From Cyanophora paradoxa CCMP329 (lineage: Eukaryota; Plantae; Glaucophyta): a stretch of 64,000 bases of DNA. The DNA is taken from assembly GCA_004431415.1 (NCBI GenBank), contig QPMI01000201.1, positions 1 through 64,000 of the forward strand, read 5' to 3'. A program made the translations under genes and the position numbers. Positions within the stretch are counted from its first letter, which is position 1. Every line of letters begins with the position of its first letter. This document shows, one piece after another, positions 33,745 through 46,101 of this stretch. The notes under the pieces were generated by a model, which saw only the letters and a list, made by a program, of their open reading frames with translations, was not told the DNA's origin and searched no databases.

Positions 33745-36700
33745 CTACGCATATCGGAGGGAGGCGGTGCGGGGTCGCGCCCAGCCGGCGCTTGGTGGCC
33801 GCGTGGCGGCGTCGGGCCCGCGGGGCCGGCCGGAGCCTGCGCTCGAGAGAGCAGAGCGCGGGGGGGCGCTGGTGCGGTGGGAGCGCTGGTCCTCGTGCTC
33901 GTCCTCCGCGTCCTCCTCGTCGGGCGGCGGGCGGGCGGACTCGGCCTCAAGCTCGTCGACGAGGGCGAAGAGGGAGTCCTCGTAGAAGTCGGCCCCCAGC
34001 GCCCCGCCCTCCACCAGCCCCAGCACGCCCTCCCCCGAGCTCCGCGCCTCCGACCGCGCCCCCTCCCCTTCCCCGTCCTCCGAGCCGGCCCCCGCCTCCG
34101 CCGCCGCAGCCGCCGCGACAGCCGCAGCGCGCAGCAGGCGCCGCGCGGCGCGCCGCTGCGAGTCGGAGAGAGACGGGAGGGCGGCGGCGGCGGCGGCGGC
34201 ATCGCGGTAGCGGGCGGCGACGCGGCGCGAAGCCGACCGCCGTGCCGGCATCTCCCCCTCGCTCTCCGTGCCCTCCAGTGCCGCCTCGGGCTCCTGCTCA
34301 TCCTCCTCCGCCTCCTCCCACGCCGGCGCGGGGGACGGCGGGAGGCGCTTGGCGGGGGCCGGCTTGGAGCGGGGCGCGAAGGGGACCGGGCGGCGTAGGC
34401 GCGGGGAAGGCGCGGACGAGGGGCGGCTCGAGGTGGGCGTGGCAGACGGCGTGGCGGCCCATGCAGCGCGCGCAGTGCCGCTCCAGCTCCGCCCCGCCGT
34501 GCGAGCGCGGCGTCGTCGCGATCGCCGGCCGCCCCGCCGCCCGCTCCTTCACGGGCGAACGCCGCACCACCCGCTTGACCACCCGCAGGCTCGAGCTCCG
34601 CCGCAACGGACCCCCCGCGCCCTGCGCGCCCAAGCGCCGCGTGAGCGGGCGGGCGAGGGGCGGGGCGGGGCGGGGCGGGTGTGGCGCACGGGCCGCTCCT
34701 CGGTGCGGGACTCCTCGTGGACGTACTCGCGCTCCTCCTCCGCCTCGCCGGCGCTGGCAGCGAGCTCCTCCTCGAGCAGCAGCTCCCGCTCCTCGTGCAC
34801 CTCCTCCTCCTCCTCCTCCTCCGCCTCCTCGGGGAGGATGCCGCGGGCCTCCAGCGCGCGCTGCGACTCCAAGATCGCCCGGATGAGCGCCGCCTCCTCC
34901 TCCAGCGCCGCCCGCACCCGCCCCTCCCGCCCCCCCGCCCCCGGCCCCGCGCCCCGCACCGCCCCCTGCCGCCCCGTGAGGAGGACTTGTGGAGGGCCGG
35001 GGGCCGGCCGGCGGACCTTGATCGGGGGCGGGGGGGCCTCCGCGCTGCGGGCCTTGGCGGCGGCGCGGGCGGCCACGGCGGCGTTGGCGAGGGGCGCCGT
35101 CGTGGGCCGCGGCGAGGCTCGCAGGGCCGAGCCGCCCGAGTCGCGAGAGGGCCGCCGCTCGGGCCGCTGCGGGGCCGGGGGCGCGGACGCCCCCGCGGGC
35201 CCAGGGGCGGAGCGGCGAGAAGAGGCCTCCGAGGCGGGGCGAGAGGAGGGGCGGGGCTCGGGGGCGGCGGCGGCGACGGAGAGAGCGGCGGCGGCGAGGG
35301 CGAGGTCGCTGTCGGCGGTGCACTCCGGGTCCGTCTCGAGGATCTCGCTCAGGCCGCCCCCCGGGGCCTCACCGTGGGCGGCGCCCTCTGCCCCGCTCTC
35401 GTCGCCCTCCTCGCCGGCGTGCTCGACGTCCGAGAGGCCGCACTCGCGCAGCAGCACGGCGTCCCCGTCCTCGGCCGCGCTGCTCCCCCGGTCGTCCTCG
35501 GGGATCCCCGCCGACCCCGCCTCGCTCGCACCAGACGAGGCCGCCTCCGCCCCGCTCCGCCGCAGCGCCGCGCTCCCGTCCGGGCTGGAGAACTTCGGGG
35601 GCGGGGCGGCCGGCGCCGGCGGCACAGGGGGCGGCGCGGGGGCCGGGCCCTCGCGGGAGCGGCGGAGGGGCCGGGGCCGGGCGCGGCGAGGGGCGGCCCG
35701 TCGCGGGAGGAGCGGGCGCTGCTGCGGCGGGAGGAGCCGCGGGAGGTGCGGGGCCCCGCCTCGGGCCCCGGGCGGAGGGTGAGGCGCCCCGCGATGATGC
35801 GCTGCAGCTTCTCGCGCAGGCGGTCCGACTGGGCGATGAGCTCCGCGATCGGCAGGCTCGAGGCGCTGCTCGCCACCGCCGCCGCCGCCGCCAGCAGCGA
35901 CGAGCCCGAGGTGTCCCCCTGCGGCCCGCTCAGCGCCCCGCCCTGCCTCCCGCCTCGCGGCCGCCCGCGCGCACCGAGTCGTCGCCGCGCTCGGCGCCAC
36001 GCTGCGCCTCCTCCGCTGCCTTCGCCTCGGCCTCCGCCTCGTCCTCGGCGGCCTCGCGGGCGGCGCGACGGCGCTCGGCATCGGCGGCGGCCCACTCGGC
36101 CGAGCGGCGAGCCTCAGCGGCGGCCTCGAGGGCCTCCTCCGCCCGCTGCGCCGCCGCCGCCCGCACGATTCCGTGCTCCGACGCCCCGCCCTGCCGCCCG
36201 TCAGGCGCTGCCGGCGAGCGGAGGCGGAGCGGTCGGCACCTCGTCGCCCGAGTCGGAGTCCGGCGCGGACCAGGCCTCGAGGCGGCCGCCGAAATCAACC
36301 TGCGACGCCTTGGCCTCGCGCTGCGCCGCGCCGCCGCGCCGGCCCCGCGGGATTGCCCCCGCCGAGGCGCTCTCCTCGGGGGCCGGCTCGCCCGCGCCGC
36401 CGCCACCGCGAGCGCCGAGAGCGCGGCCGCCCCCGCCGCCGAGGAGCGCACCGCCGAGCGCCGCAGCGGGGAGGAGGAGGAGGAGGCGGAGGCGGGGCGG
36501 GAGGGGAGGGCGGGCCGGGGAGGGGAGCTCGATGGAGAGGCGGGCGCCGCGGGGCCCCACCTCGGCTTCCACGCTCGCGGGCCGACCGGGGCCCTTCACG
36601 GGCGAGCGGCGGCCCCGCGAGGCCGGCGAGCCGCTCGCCGAGCGGCGCTGCGGGCCGGCGCGCGGCCGCTGCGGGGAGCCCAGCGGGCGCTGGAGGCGCA

Positions 36701-39020
36701 CGGGGAGGAGGAGCTGCGCAGGGGCCGCGCCGGCGAGGCGGAGTGGGAGCGGGGGCCGAGGAGGGCCCCGGGGAGGGCTCGCGGGGCGTCAGGTCGGTCT
36801 GGCACGCGGCGCTCGTCGTGATGGCTATCAGGCGGCTCTTCGGCGGCGACGGCGACCGGGGCGCGGCGGGGAAGGGGGCCGGCGAGTGGAGCGCGACGAG
36901 GGCCGGAGGCGGCCGGGGCGAGCCGATGGGGGAGGAGGGGATGGATGCGTAGAGGGCCGAGGGGACGGTCGAGGGCCGCGGCGAGGCCGCCCCGAGGCGC
37001 CGCGGCGAGGGGCCCGGCGACGCCGACGCCGGCCGCGAGAGGGGCCGCCCCGGCGAGGGCGACGGCGAGCGCGGGCGGGCCGCCCCCGAGGCCCCCGCGG
37101 CGAGGGGCGGGGCGGCGTGGCGGCGGCGTGGCGGAGGGCGCGGGAGGAGGCGGGGCGGGGCCGCGCGGGGGGCGACGAGGGCGCCGACCGCGCGAGCTCC
37201 TCACTCGGGGCGCCGTGGCCGGCGGCGGCGGCTGCCCGGCGCCGGCGCCGGGGGCGCGCCCCGCGCTGCGCGGGGCGTGGCGGGAGTAGATGGCAAAGTC
37301 CTCCTCCGAGCGGCGCCCCGCGGCTCGCGGGCCCGAGGAGCGCACGCCCAGGCCGGCCCCCTCCGCCGCCGCCGCCAGGATGAACGCGCTCCCGTACTCC
37401 CCAGAGCTCCGCGTCGGGTTCGGCGCCAGCGCCGGCGCCCCCCGCGGCTCGGCGCCGGCGTCGGGGGTGGCGGAGGAGGAGGCGGCAGCGGTGGCGGCGA
37501 CGGAGAGGGAAGAGGCGTCCGAGCGGGAGGAGCGCAGGCTCGCCCCCGCCCCCGCCTCCGACCCCACGAACGGCTGCGACAGCAGCCGCTGCCCCCGCAC
37601 CTCAGCGAGCGCGCGGGTGGCGGAGCGGGCTCCCAGGGAGAGCGCACCTCGGCGCGCCGCATGAGGGCATCCACATCGACGGGGCCGCCCCACGCTCCGG
37701 ACCCGAGCCCTGCCGCCGGCACCGGCGAGGGCGAGGAGCGGCGGCCGCCCCGCGCGTGCGGCGACGGCTCGCGCGATGGGCCGCGGCTGCGGGGGCCTTC
37801 GCCGCCGCCGCCGCCACGCTCGGGGATGCCGGGCGCGGTGGCGGCCTCGGCCTCGAGGGCGGCGGCGCCGGCGCTGCTGCTGCTCTCCGCCTCGGCGATC
37901 TGACGGGAGAGGCCGTCCTGCCGCGACTGCTCCCGCGCGATCAGCTGCTGCAGCTTCGCCACCTCCACCTGCGCCCGCCCTCAGCCCCGCCGCCCGCCCC
38001 CGGCCCGCCCGCCCCTCCGCGACGCGCCTGCAGCTCGTCGTAGCGGGAGCGGTCTGTGTGCGAGCGCTCCTGCTCGTCCTGCATCTGCTTCAGGCGCTGC
38101 TGGTACGTCTTCAGCAGCAGCAGCGACTGGCTGAACTTGCTCCGCAGGTCTGTGCGTTGGAGGGCGGCGGTGAAGGGGAGCAGCGAACTCGCCTCGCGGC
38201 GCGGAACGCGGAGCAGGCGCGGTGGCTGCGCAAAGGATACTGACAGTCTCCGCGATGATCTGCTGGTTCTGGGCGCGGAGGCGGTTGATGCGCTCCGTAA
38301 AGATGGCGCGCTCGCGCTCGATCATCTGCGCCACCTCGTCCTTTTGCCGCCCCGCCTTCACCAGGTGCCTGATCAGCTTCGCCACCTGCGTCGGAGCGCG
38401 AGGGTAAGCGGCGCGCGCCGGCTCGCTTTCCGGTCGCGGTACGGCGTCGCGTGCCTTCTGCTTGTCCTCCTCGCACAGGTCCTTCAACCGCACGCCCTTC
38501 GACGTCATGTCCAGCGACCCGCTCTTTGTCCTCTGCTCCGGGCGGCCATTCGTCTTGGTCGGGCGCGGCATCCGAGGCGCCGGTCTGGACTTTCCTGACG
38601 ACTCTGATCGGCTCCCCGAATTCGGCACTGCAGGCCGTCAGCTCTGGGAACCGCAGATACGCTGGTGACGACGGAGCCAGCGTGGCGCGCACCCGCGTTT
38701 GAACTTGCGAGGCTGTGCGTCACGCTGGATCCTACGGTACCCAAGCTCGCTACGGAAAAGCTGGGCCCCGCCGGCACGCCGCCACCAAGTCCCGCCGCCC
38801 CCGTCGCGCCAAATGCCTCCAGCCGAACATGGCGCGCTGCGTCTAGCGACGACGCGGCACGTGCTGTGGTCATTGCCGACGCAGCTAGAGCCGCTGAGAG
38901 CTTTGCTGCCGCCGCATCTGCAGCCGTTGACACGCCGCTGGGCGGGAGCGGCCTCGGGTGCCGGCGGGCGGGCTCCTCGAGTCTTGCCGCAAGGTCTGAA
39001 TCCAGGCCGCTCGCGTGCAT
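33745..39020 (-). CDS. Hinderin/KIAA1328-domain coiled-coil protein with long low-complexity tail
   Basis: RLKDLCEEDKQK/VAKLIRHLVK...FTERINRLRAQNQQII...SLLLLKTYQQRL resembles the KIAA1328 motif LKDLC.EDK..IA.LI..L. The 3' structure is uncertain. Confidence 0.6.
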
Positions 39021-39085
39021 GCCGATGCCGTGCGCTGGTGGCCCCGGGGGTCCCAGCGCGCCTAGCCTTTTTTGAAAGACTCTTT

Positions 39086-39114
39086 CTTTGTACCCCAACC
39101 AAGGGGGTACAAAG
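39086..39114. promoter_or_regulatory. 11-bp inverted repeat in a 100-bp divergent intergenic region
   Basis: CTTTGTACCCC-AACCAAG-GGGGTACAAAG lies between ATGs at 39020 (-) and 39121 (+). Regulatory role is inferred. Confidence 0.45.
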
Positions 39115-39120
39115 CGCAAG

Positions 39121-41511
39121 ATGTTCGTGCAGCCGGCTCCGCTCGGCCCGTCGCGGCGCAGCTTCTACACCGGTGGAGATGCTTTACACGTCCTTCCGGC
39201 GCGGTCGCGGGCTGGTCCCGCGAAGCGACGGCCGGCTGTCTCGCACGTACGCGTGCGCATGGAAGCAGCGTCGAATGGGGCGGCCGGGGCCCCGGCCAAA
39301 AAGGATTTCCGGTTCGTCATGTTGAAGCGCACTGCAGGCCTGGCTTAACAGCGCGGCTTGCGACAATACGCGCAAACCGCCACGCGCTCGCGCACGCGCC
39401 CCGCAAACGGTCTCTGACGCGTCCCTGGGCAGCGTGATCCTTCTCACGGGCAAGGGAGGCGTCGGCAAGACCAGTGTGGCCGCCGCAACCGGTTCGCGTG
39501 CCGAGTCTGCCGACGTCACGGGGCGCGTGCACCCTGAGAAGAGCGCGCGCAGGGCTGCAGTGCGCGGAGCTGGGATACAAGACGCTGTACGTGCTCTTTG
39601 GGGTCGTCCTCGCCCGCGCGCTCACCGCAGGCGCGCGGGGCCGGGGGGCGCAGGGTGCTCTCGACGGACCCGGCGCACTCGCTGGCTGACAGCTTCGACA
39701 TGGAACTCTCGCACCAGCCGCGGCAGGTGGCGGAGCGGCTCTACGGGGCGGAGCTGGACGCCATCGTCGAGCTCGAGATGAACTGGGGCAGCGTCAAGCG
39801 GTCCGCCCCGCCCCGCCCCGCGCCTCGCGCACCATGAACCGGGCAGCGCCGCAATCGTCTCTCCGGGGGCAGGTACATCACCGAGGTGCTGCAGGCGCGG
39901 GGCCTGGAGGGCGTGCGCGCCGAGGAGCTCGCCATCCTCCCCGGCATGGACGAGATCTTCGGTGCCGCGCCCCCGCCGCCGCCTCCCGAGGCACCTGACG
40001 CCGGCGCGGCGCAGGGCTCGTGCGGATGAAGCGGGAGGCGGACAGCGGGGAGTTTGACGTGCTCATCGTCGACTCGGCGCCCACCGGCACCGCCCTCCGC
40101 CTCCTCTCCCTCCCCGAGGTCGCCGGCTGGTCCGCCCCCGCCCCCGCCCCCGCCCCCACCCCCGCTCCGGCCTGCCTGCGTCGCCCGCCCCAGAGGCCCG
40201 ACGGGGCGGGCATCGGCTGGGGGCAGGTACATGCGGCGGTTCTACAAGCCGCTGCAGGGGATGGCGAACGTGCTGAACCCCGTCTTCGACCCCCTCTTCA
40301 AGCAGGCGCGCCCCCCGCGCCACGCCGGCGGGGTGGCGCCGGGCTGAGGGCGGGGGTGGCAGGTGACGGGCTTCTCGCTGCCCTCGAAGGAGGTCATGGA
40401 CGTCCCCTTCGACCTCTACGAGGTCCGCGGGGGCCCCCGGGGGCGCGCGGGGGAGCCCCGGCCGGCGCCGGGCCAAGGCGGGGCGGGGGGCGGGGGCAGG
40501 ACATCGAGGCCCTGCAGCGCGTCCTCTGCGACACCGCTAAGACGACCGTCCGCCTCGTCACCAACCCCGAGAAGATGGCCCGCCCCGCCCCGCCCCGCCC
40601 CGCCCCGCCCCGCCCGGGCCCGAGGCGCCTGACATGCGTACCCTCCCCCCCTCGGCAGGTGATCAAGGAGTCGCTGCGGGCGCACGCGTACCTCTCGCTC
40701 TACGGCGTCGCCACCGACCTCGTCGTCTGCAACCGTCCGCCCCCGCCCCGCCCCCGCCGCGGGCCGGGGGCCGGCGGCGACGGGCGGGCCCCCGCAGGCG
40801 TGCTGCCGGAGAGCGTGCAGGACCCGTACTTCGCGCGCTGGAAGGAGGCGCAGCGCGGCTACCGCGAGGAGATCCGCGAGGACTTCCACCCCCTCCCCGT
40901 CAAGGCCCGCCCCCCCGCGCCGCCCCCGCCTCCCCCGCCGCGGCTGGGAGGGAAGCGAGGGGGCCGGGGGGGCAGGAGGTGCCGATGTTCGGGGAGGAGC
41001 TGTGCGGCCTCCCCGCCCTCCACCGCCTCCGCGAGACCCTCTACCCGGGCTCCGAGGACCCCACCCAGGCGCCCCCGCCCCCCGCCCCCCAGCGCCCCCC
41101 GGGCCCCCGCCCCGCCTCACGCCCAGCGCCGCCCCGCAGGTCTACCACAAGGAGGTCACCATGCGCGTCTCGCCCGCCGAGGCCGGCAAGGGCTACTCCC
41201 TCGAGGCGCGCCCCGCGCTCGGCGCACCCCGCCCCGTGCCCCGCCCCTCTCACGCCTCGCGCTGGCAGGTCTTCCTGCCGGGCATCCCCAAGAGCGACGT
41301 AAAGCTCACCAAGACAGGCGACGAGCTCAACATCCGCATCGGCGCGCCCCCTCTCCCGCCTCCGCCGAGCGCGCGTCGCCCCCGGGGGCCCTGAGGGGGC
41401 CGGGGCGCAGGGAACCACCGGCGGAACCTGGTGCTGCCGCAGGCGCTGGCGGGGCTCGAGCCGAAGGGCGCGAAGATGGACGAGGACTACCTCAAGATCT
41501 CTTTCGCCTGA
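39121..41511 (+). CDS. arsA: ArsA/GET3/TRC40-family ATPase, cyanobacterial type with C-terminal HSP20-like domain and N-terminal transit peptide; 15 exons
   Basis: [91 protein letters not shown]. Confidence 0.92.
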
Positions 41512-41699
41512 GCACGCTCTCCGCGGAGCCGCCGGGCCGCCCCGGCCCCACCCGCCCCGCCGCCCCGGCCCAGCCGGCCGGCCGGAGGCTGGGCCCATGG
41601 CCATGGCCCCGGTCAGCGGTCCAGGCATCGGGCAACTCTAGTATTTTGGTCCTCACCGTGGCCGGCCCCGTGACCCCGAACCTCGCGATCGTGCACATA

Positions 41700-42800
41700 C
41701 CGTGGCAACCGCACGTCTACCACGACGTCGACCGCACTCGAGTCGCGATCGATATATCGGCCGTCGGACGTCGACGCGCGCCCCACACACTTTCGATACA
41801 CCACTTTAAGGACCTTATAAGCTTGCATTAATCTATAATAACTGTCTGCTGCTGTTCATGGTCATTCATATGTCAACGTTGATCATGATCATGATCAAAT
41901 TGACTCAGTGACAATTGCAAGTTGCAACATAAACGTTAACCGCGCCCGGCCGGCTCGATTGCAAGACTCTTAGAGGCTAGAGCTAGCGCTAGCCTAGTTA
42001 ACAATTGAACACGTACGGGTGACATGCCGCTTGAATGCAATTGATGAACGTCAACAATTTCGGAATTCGGGGTCCGGACCGATCCGGTGGGCAGGCCCGG
42101 CGGGATCCGGATTCCGGATCCGGATATCGAGTCCGACGGTCTAGATATCGACATCTATCTGCCCTGCATGCAGCTGCAGCTGCCAGGCTCAGCGGCTGTC
42201 GACGTCAGGCTGGCCGCATCGATATCATTATCGATATCATGGCATCATGATCATGGCATGTCGACTCCCGATCCGGTACAGACTCCGGGAATTCGAATGC
42301 CGTGACGTGCACGTGTACATGTCGCAGACTAGCTATAGTACTGCCGCCTGCAATTTAGCTATAGGTGACCGTCGGACGTCGACCTAGATCTAGAGCTAAT
42401 TTCAAGTTTTATATAATTATAAGCCTTGAAGTGACCCGCCGGGCCGGTCATGATCATGCATATATATGAAGCTGATCATGATCATCATGAAGTAGTGAGC
42501 TCGAGGCTGATCATGATCGATACTATGATATCCAGTGTACCAGTGTACGTATACATGTGTGATCATGATTAGGATTGCGGAAATTAAATTTGAAATAAAG
42601 ATCGCGATCAATCCGCGACCGGATTGATCGCGAGTGCCGAATTCGAAATGCTGATATATCGATTTCTACAGCTCGAAGCTTGCAGTTGAAATTAAATATT
42701 GCCAAGTTAACAGAAATAGAGGCGGCGGCCACGATGTCGACACGTTTGCCTTGCATGCACACAGCTTAGATCTAGATCTAGACCATGGCCTGGCCCCGCG
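41700..42800. repeat. Non-coding tract saturated with overlapping 6-bp palindromes
   Basis: TGATCATGATCATGATCA, CAATTGCAA, AACGTTAAC, GCTAGCGCTAGC, GGATCCGGA x2, CAGCTGCAGCTG, GAATTCGAA x2, TTATAATTATAA, AGATCTAGATCTAGA. Confidence 0.85.
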
Positions 42801-43239
42801 GCTGGCCAGCAGCTGCAGCGACGGCGCTCCAAGGCTTGAGGCCCATCGTCGCCTCGTCCCAAAACTCGCCCCCCTGCGCATGCGCGGTGCCGGCAGAAAT
42901 TAAGGGTACGTTTGCATGCGCATGCGCAGTCACTAGAATTCCGGCATCAGCTCACGAAGGTGGAGCGGACGTATTCCCGGATCAGCTGCGTGATCATGGC
43001 GAGGTCGACGTTGCCCGCCTGGATCCTGATCATGAGAATTGCGAAAGTCAACGTTCGACAACGATACTCGAGAGCGACCACAACAGCAGATCGAATGGGG
43101 CGCGGACATTGCCGTCGTGATCGCGAGGCGCTGCTCCGACACCTTCGTGGTGACCTCCTGGTAGCGGTCCCACAGCGAGGGCCCGGGCCCGCTCCAGCTA
43201 GCGCTGGCCACGGCCGGCGGCGGCGCGCACGCCCCGCCC

Positions 43240-44600
43240 CCATGCGCAGCGGCGCCGCGACCGGAGACGTCCGTGCGCGCGCGCTTCGATCGCGAGCTGC
43301 GCTTCGCTCTTAACTCTAGGCGACTACGGGGTCGCCTGTGCGAGATCGATATCCGGAGGGGGATGGGCGCACCGCTGCCCCTGATCAGTACCAGGCCCGA
43401 CCGCCGGAGCCGCTCCGGGGCCCGCATTCGGGCTCGAGCTCGACGCGTGCCGGCGCCCGGCGGATCCGAGGGCGCCCGCGTCCGGGGCCCGCGCCGGCGG
43501 AGGCGCAGAATTTGAAGGCGGCGCCGGCGGAAGCGGCCGAGGCGCAGAGTTCGAAGGCGCGGCCCGAGCACGTGCACCCGTACCTGCCTCGAGCTCGCCC
43601 TCATCGCTAGAGCTCGATGACGAGCTCGAAATCCACGCGTACGTTTCCCTGAAGAAGGTGCCCACCGATCGCGATCAGAGCTCGACGCAACGGAGCTCGA
43701 AAAAAATCATTTTTTGCAAGCGCACCCATTTGGATTACGATCTTGCGCGCCATTCTCCATTTGCATCGCTGCAGTATTACTGCTACTGTTTTGGAGATCT
43801 ATAGCTCGCGATCGTTTCGCAGCTAGCTCCTGCCTGCGCGCCGTGTTCTTCTCCGCCGCCCTGCGCGAACGGAATGAGGTTATGATAAGCCCGCGGCCGG
43901 TGCAGCAGAGATCGGCCGCGGCGGCGGGCAGTCGTCGATCGCGAGCTGAGCTGGAGGAGGCGCATGCACGCACGCTGCGATCTTCTTGCGGTTCTTCTCG
44001 TACATGGCCTTGAGCTCGGGGAGGCCTCCGGGGAAGTAGGACTGGAGGCGCGGGATGACGTGCTCGTCCATGTACTTGACGTCCAACAAGAGCCGCGTCG
44101 CGGTCGCCTTGTCGACCGAGGCCGACTCGCGCTGCTTCGCCGCGAGCTCGTACCTGCAGCCAACAATGTGAGTCAGCGCCAATTTCTCTGACTCGTTCTC
44201 TCGTTTAGTTTAGAAGCTTAACTTCCCGCCCACCCCCCCCCCCTCTCTCCCCCCCCCCCCCTCCCCCCTCCCTCCCCTCTCCCCGGGACGAGGCTAGTGT
44301 GCACATCAAATCCATCCTCTCGAGGAACGGCTTCATGTAGGACGACAGGCTCTTGACTTCCTCAAGCAGCGTGCGCGCTGTGCGGAAAATGGAGCGAGCG
44401 ATCTCAATGGTTATTTGGCCCTGCCCCGGATCAAATGAAATCAGCTGCAGAGAATCTCTTTGCAGATCGAGGCCGCAAATGTGTACTCACTTTGTATGAT
44501 CGAAGGAACGCCGTCTTATCCCCGTTGAAGAACACGGTGGTGGCATAGGAGTCGGTGATCATGTGGTAGCCTGTCGTACCGGACATCGACTGCGCTTGTG
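43240..44600 (-). pseudogene. Decaying gene of unknown family, paralogue 1
   Basis: Residual exon RYELAAKQ...VIPRLQSYFPGGLPELKAMYEKNRKKIAACVHAPPP with splice-like sites and broken frames. Paralogous to 44780-45660. Confidence 0.55.
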
Positions 44601-44779
44601 CACGGCGCCCGCGCCTGAGTATCAGGAAAAACGAAAGAGCACTGAGGGGCGTGTATGTGTCCATACTATATAGCTATCTATACGCAGCAGTAGACTGCAG
44701 CTGCAGGATATATATATCGATACGCACCCTTTGGGGGCGACCAGTAGCTATAGGCGTCCCTGAACGTCCGCTGGCCGCT

Positions 44780-45660
44780 GGTGCGCCCTTCGCAGCCGCG
44801 GGATCTCCGGGCGCGCGCTTGGAGCTGCGCTTCGGTTTGAGCTTGAGGCGTGCACGGGGGCGACGAGTACTGCGCGGGATGGCGGGCGCACCGCTTCCCG
44901 TGACCGGTCGAGGCCGCTGAGGTCGGCGCCATTTGGAGGCCCGCATTCGGGCCCGAGCTCGACGCTTGCGCGTCGGATCCGAGGGCGCCCGGCGCCGGCT
45001 CCGGCGGAGGCGCGGAATTTGAGGGCGCCGGCCCTGCGTGCGCCTCGCCCTCCTCGCTCGAGCTCGACGACGAGCTCCCAGCGGCCCCCCTCGTCGCACT
45101 TGCGCTGATGGTACTTGCTTGCTCCTGCTTGCGCGCCGTGTTCTTCTCCGCCACCCTGCGCGAACGGAATGAGGTTATGATGAGGCTGCGGCCGGGGCAC
45201 CAGATCTAGAGATCGGCCGCGGCGGCGAAAAGTCGTCGATCGCGAGCTGAGCGGGAGGAGGCGCATGCACGCACGCTGCGATCTTCTCGCGGTTCTTCTC
45301 GTACATGGCCTTGAGATCGGCGAGGCCACCGGGGAAGTAGGTCTGGAGGCGCGGGATGACGTACTTTTCCGCGTAGATGATGTGTATACACAGGCGTGCT
45401 GCAGCTGCCTTGCTGATCGAGCTCAAGGCCGATTCGCGGTCCGTTGTCAGGCCGTATCTGCAGCGTTCAAGCTAATCATATGATGAACGATCGCGACGGC
45501 CACGCGCGCGGGCGCACATAATTTCCATCATCTCGAGGACGGCTGTCGATCGCGCGTACTGAATCAAATGCTCAAATAGCTTGATGTCCTCAAGAAGAGG
45601 GCGCGCCGCGATGAATACGGTGCGAGGGACGATGCTACTCAATTCGCCCTGCCCCAAACG
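44780..45660 (-). pseudogene. Decaying gene of unknown family, paralogue 2
   Basis: YVIPRLQTYFPGGLADLKAMYEKNREKIAACVHAPPP; frameshifts and stops upstream. Confidence 0.55.
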
Positions 45661-46101
45661 CGATCAAATCAGAGACAGTCAGATATCGATGAGATGTTAG
45701 GAGATTCTCGTATCGATCTTGAGGGTTTAAGCTCTAGATCATAGTACATGCTATGATATCGATATGAGAAATGATGAATGCGGAGGACGCAGCAGATCGA
45801 TCGTGCGGTGGACACAGCAGATCGAATTGTTAACATTTAGCCGTTGCCTTGCTCTAAATCTTGCACGCGTCTCAGTGTCACAGATCTCGCTAATATTTCT
45901 AATCATTAGAGATTCCAAAATCAATGTGCGCTCACTTCATATGATTTGAGATACGCTGCCTCATCCCCTCCGAAAAATGTTGCCGTGCCATAAGCTTCGA
46001 CGTATCTGCGTTTGTCCATTTTCTGCATTTGTGCGGGGCCCGTACCGGGGAATCAGGGGAAATGAAACGAGGAATGGCAAGGTCTCAGGCCCTATATATA
46101 G

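Noticed and set aside
30081-38243. Very long overlapping ORFs (500-995 aa) in several frames
   Set aside because: Expected from stop-codon scarcity at very high GC and read-through of short introns; the translations are low-complexity Arg/Pro/Gly/Ala.
41700-42800. Cloning-vector multiple cloning site contamination
   Set aside because: Sites are redundant, nested and interspersed with genomic-like sequence, and the same pattern appears as indels between genomic paralogues elsewhere. A formal vector screen was not run.
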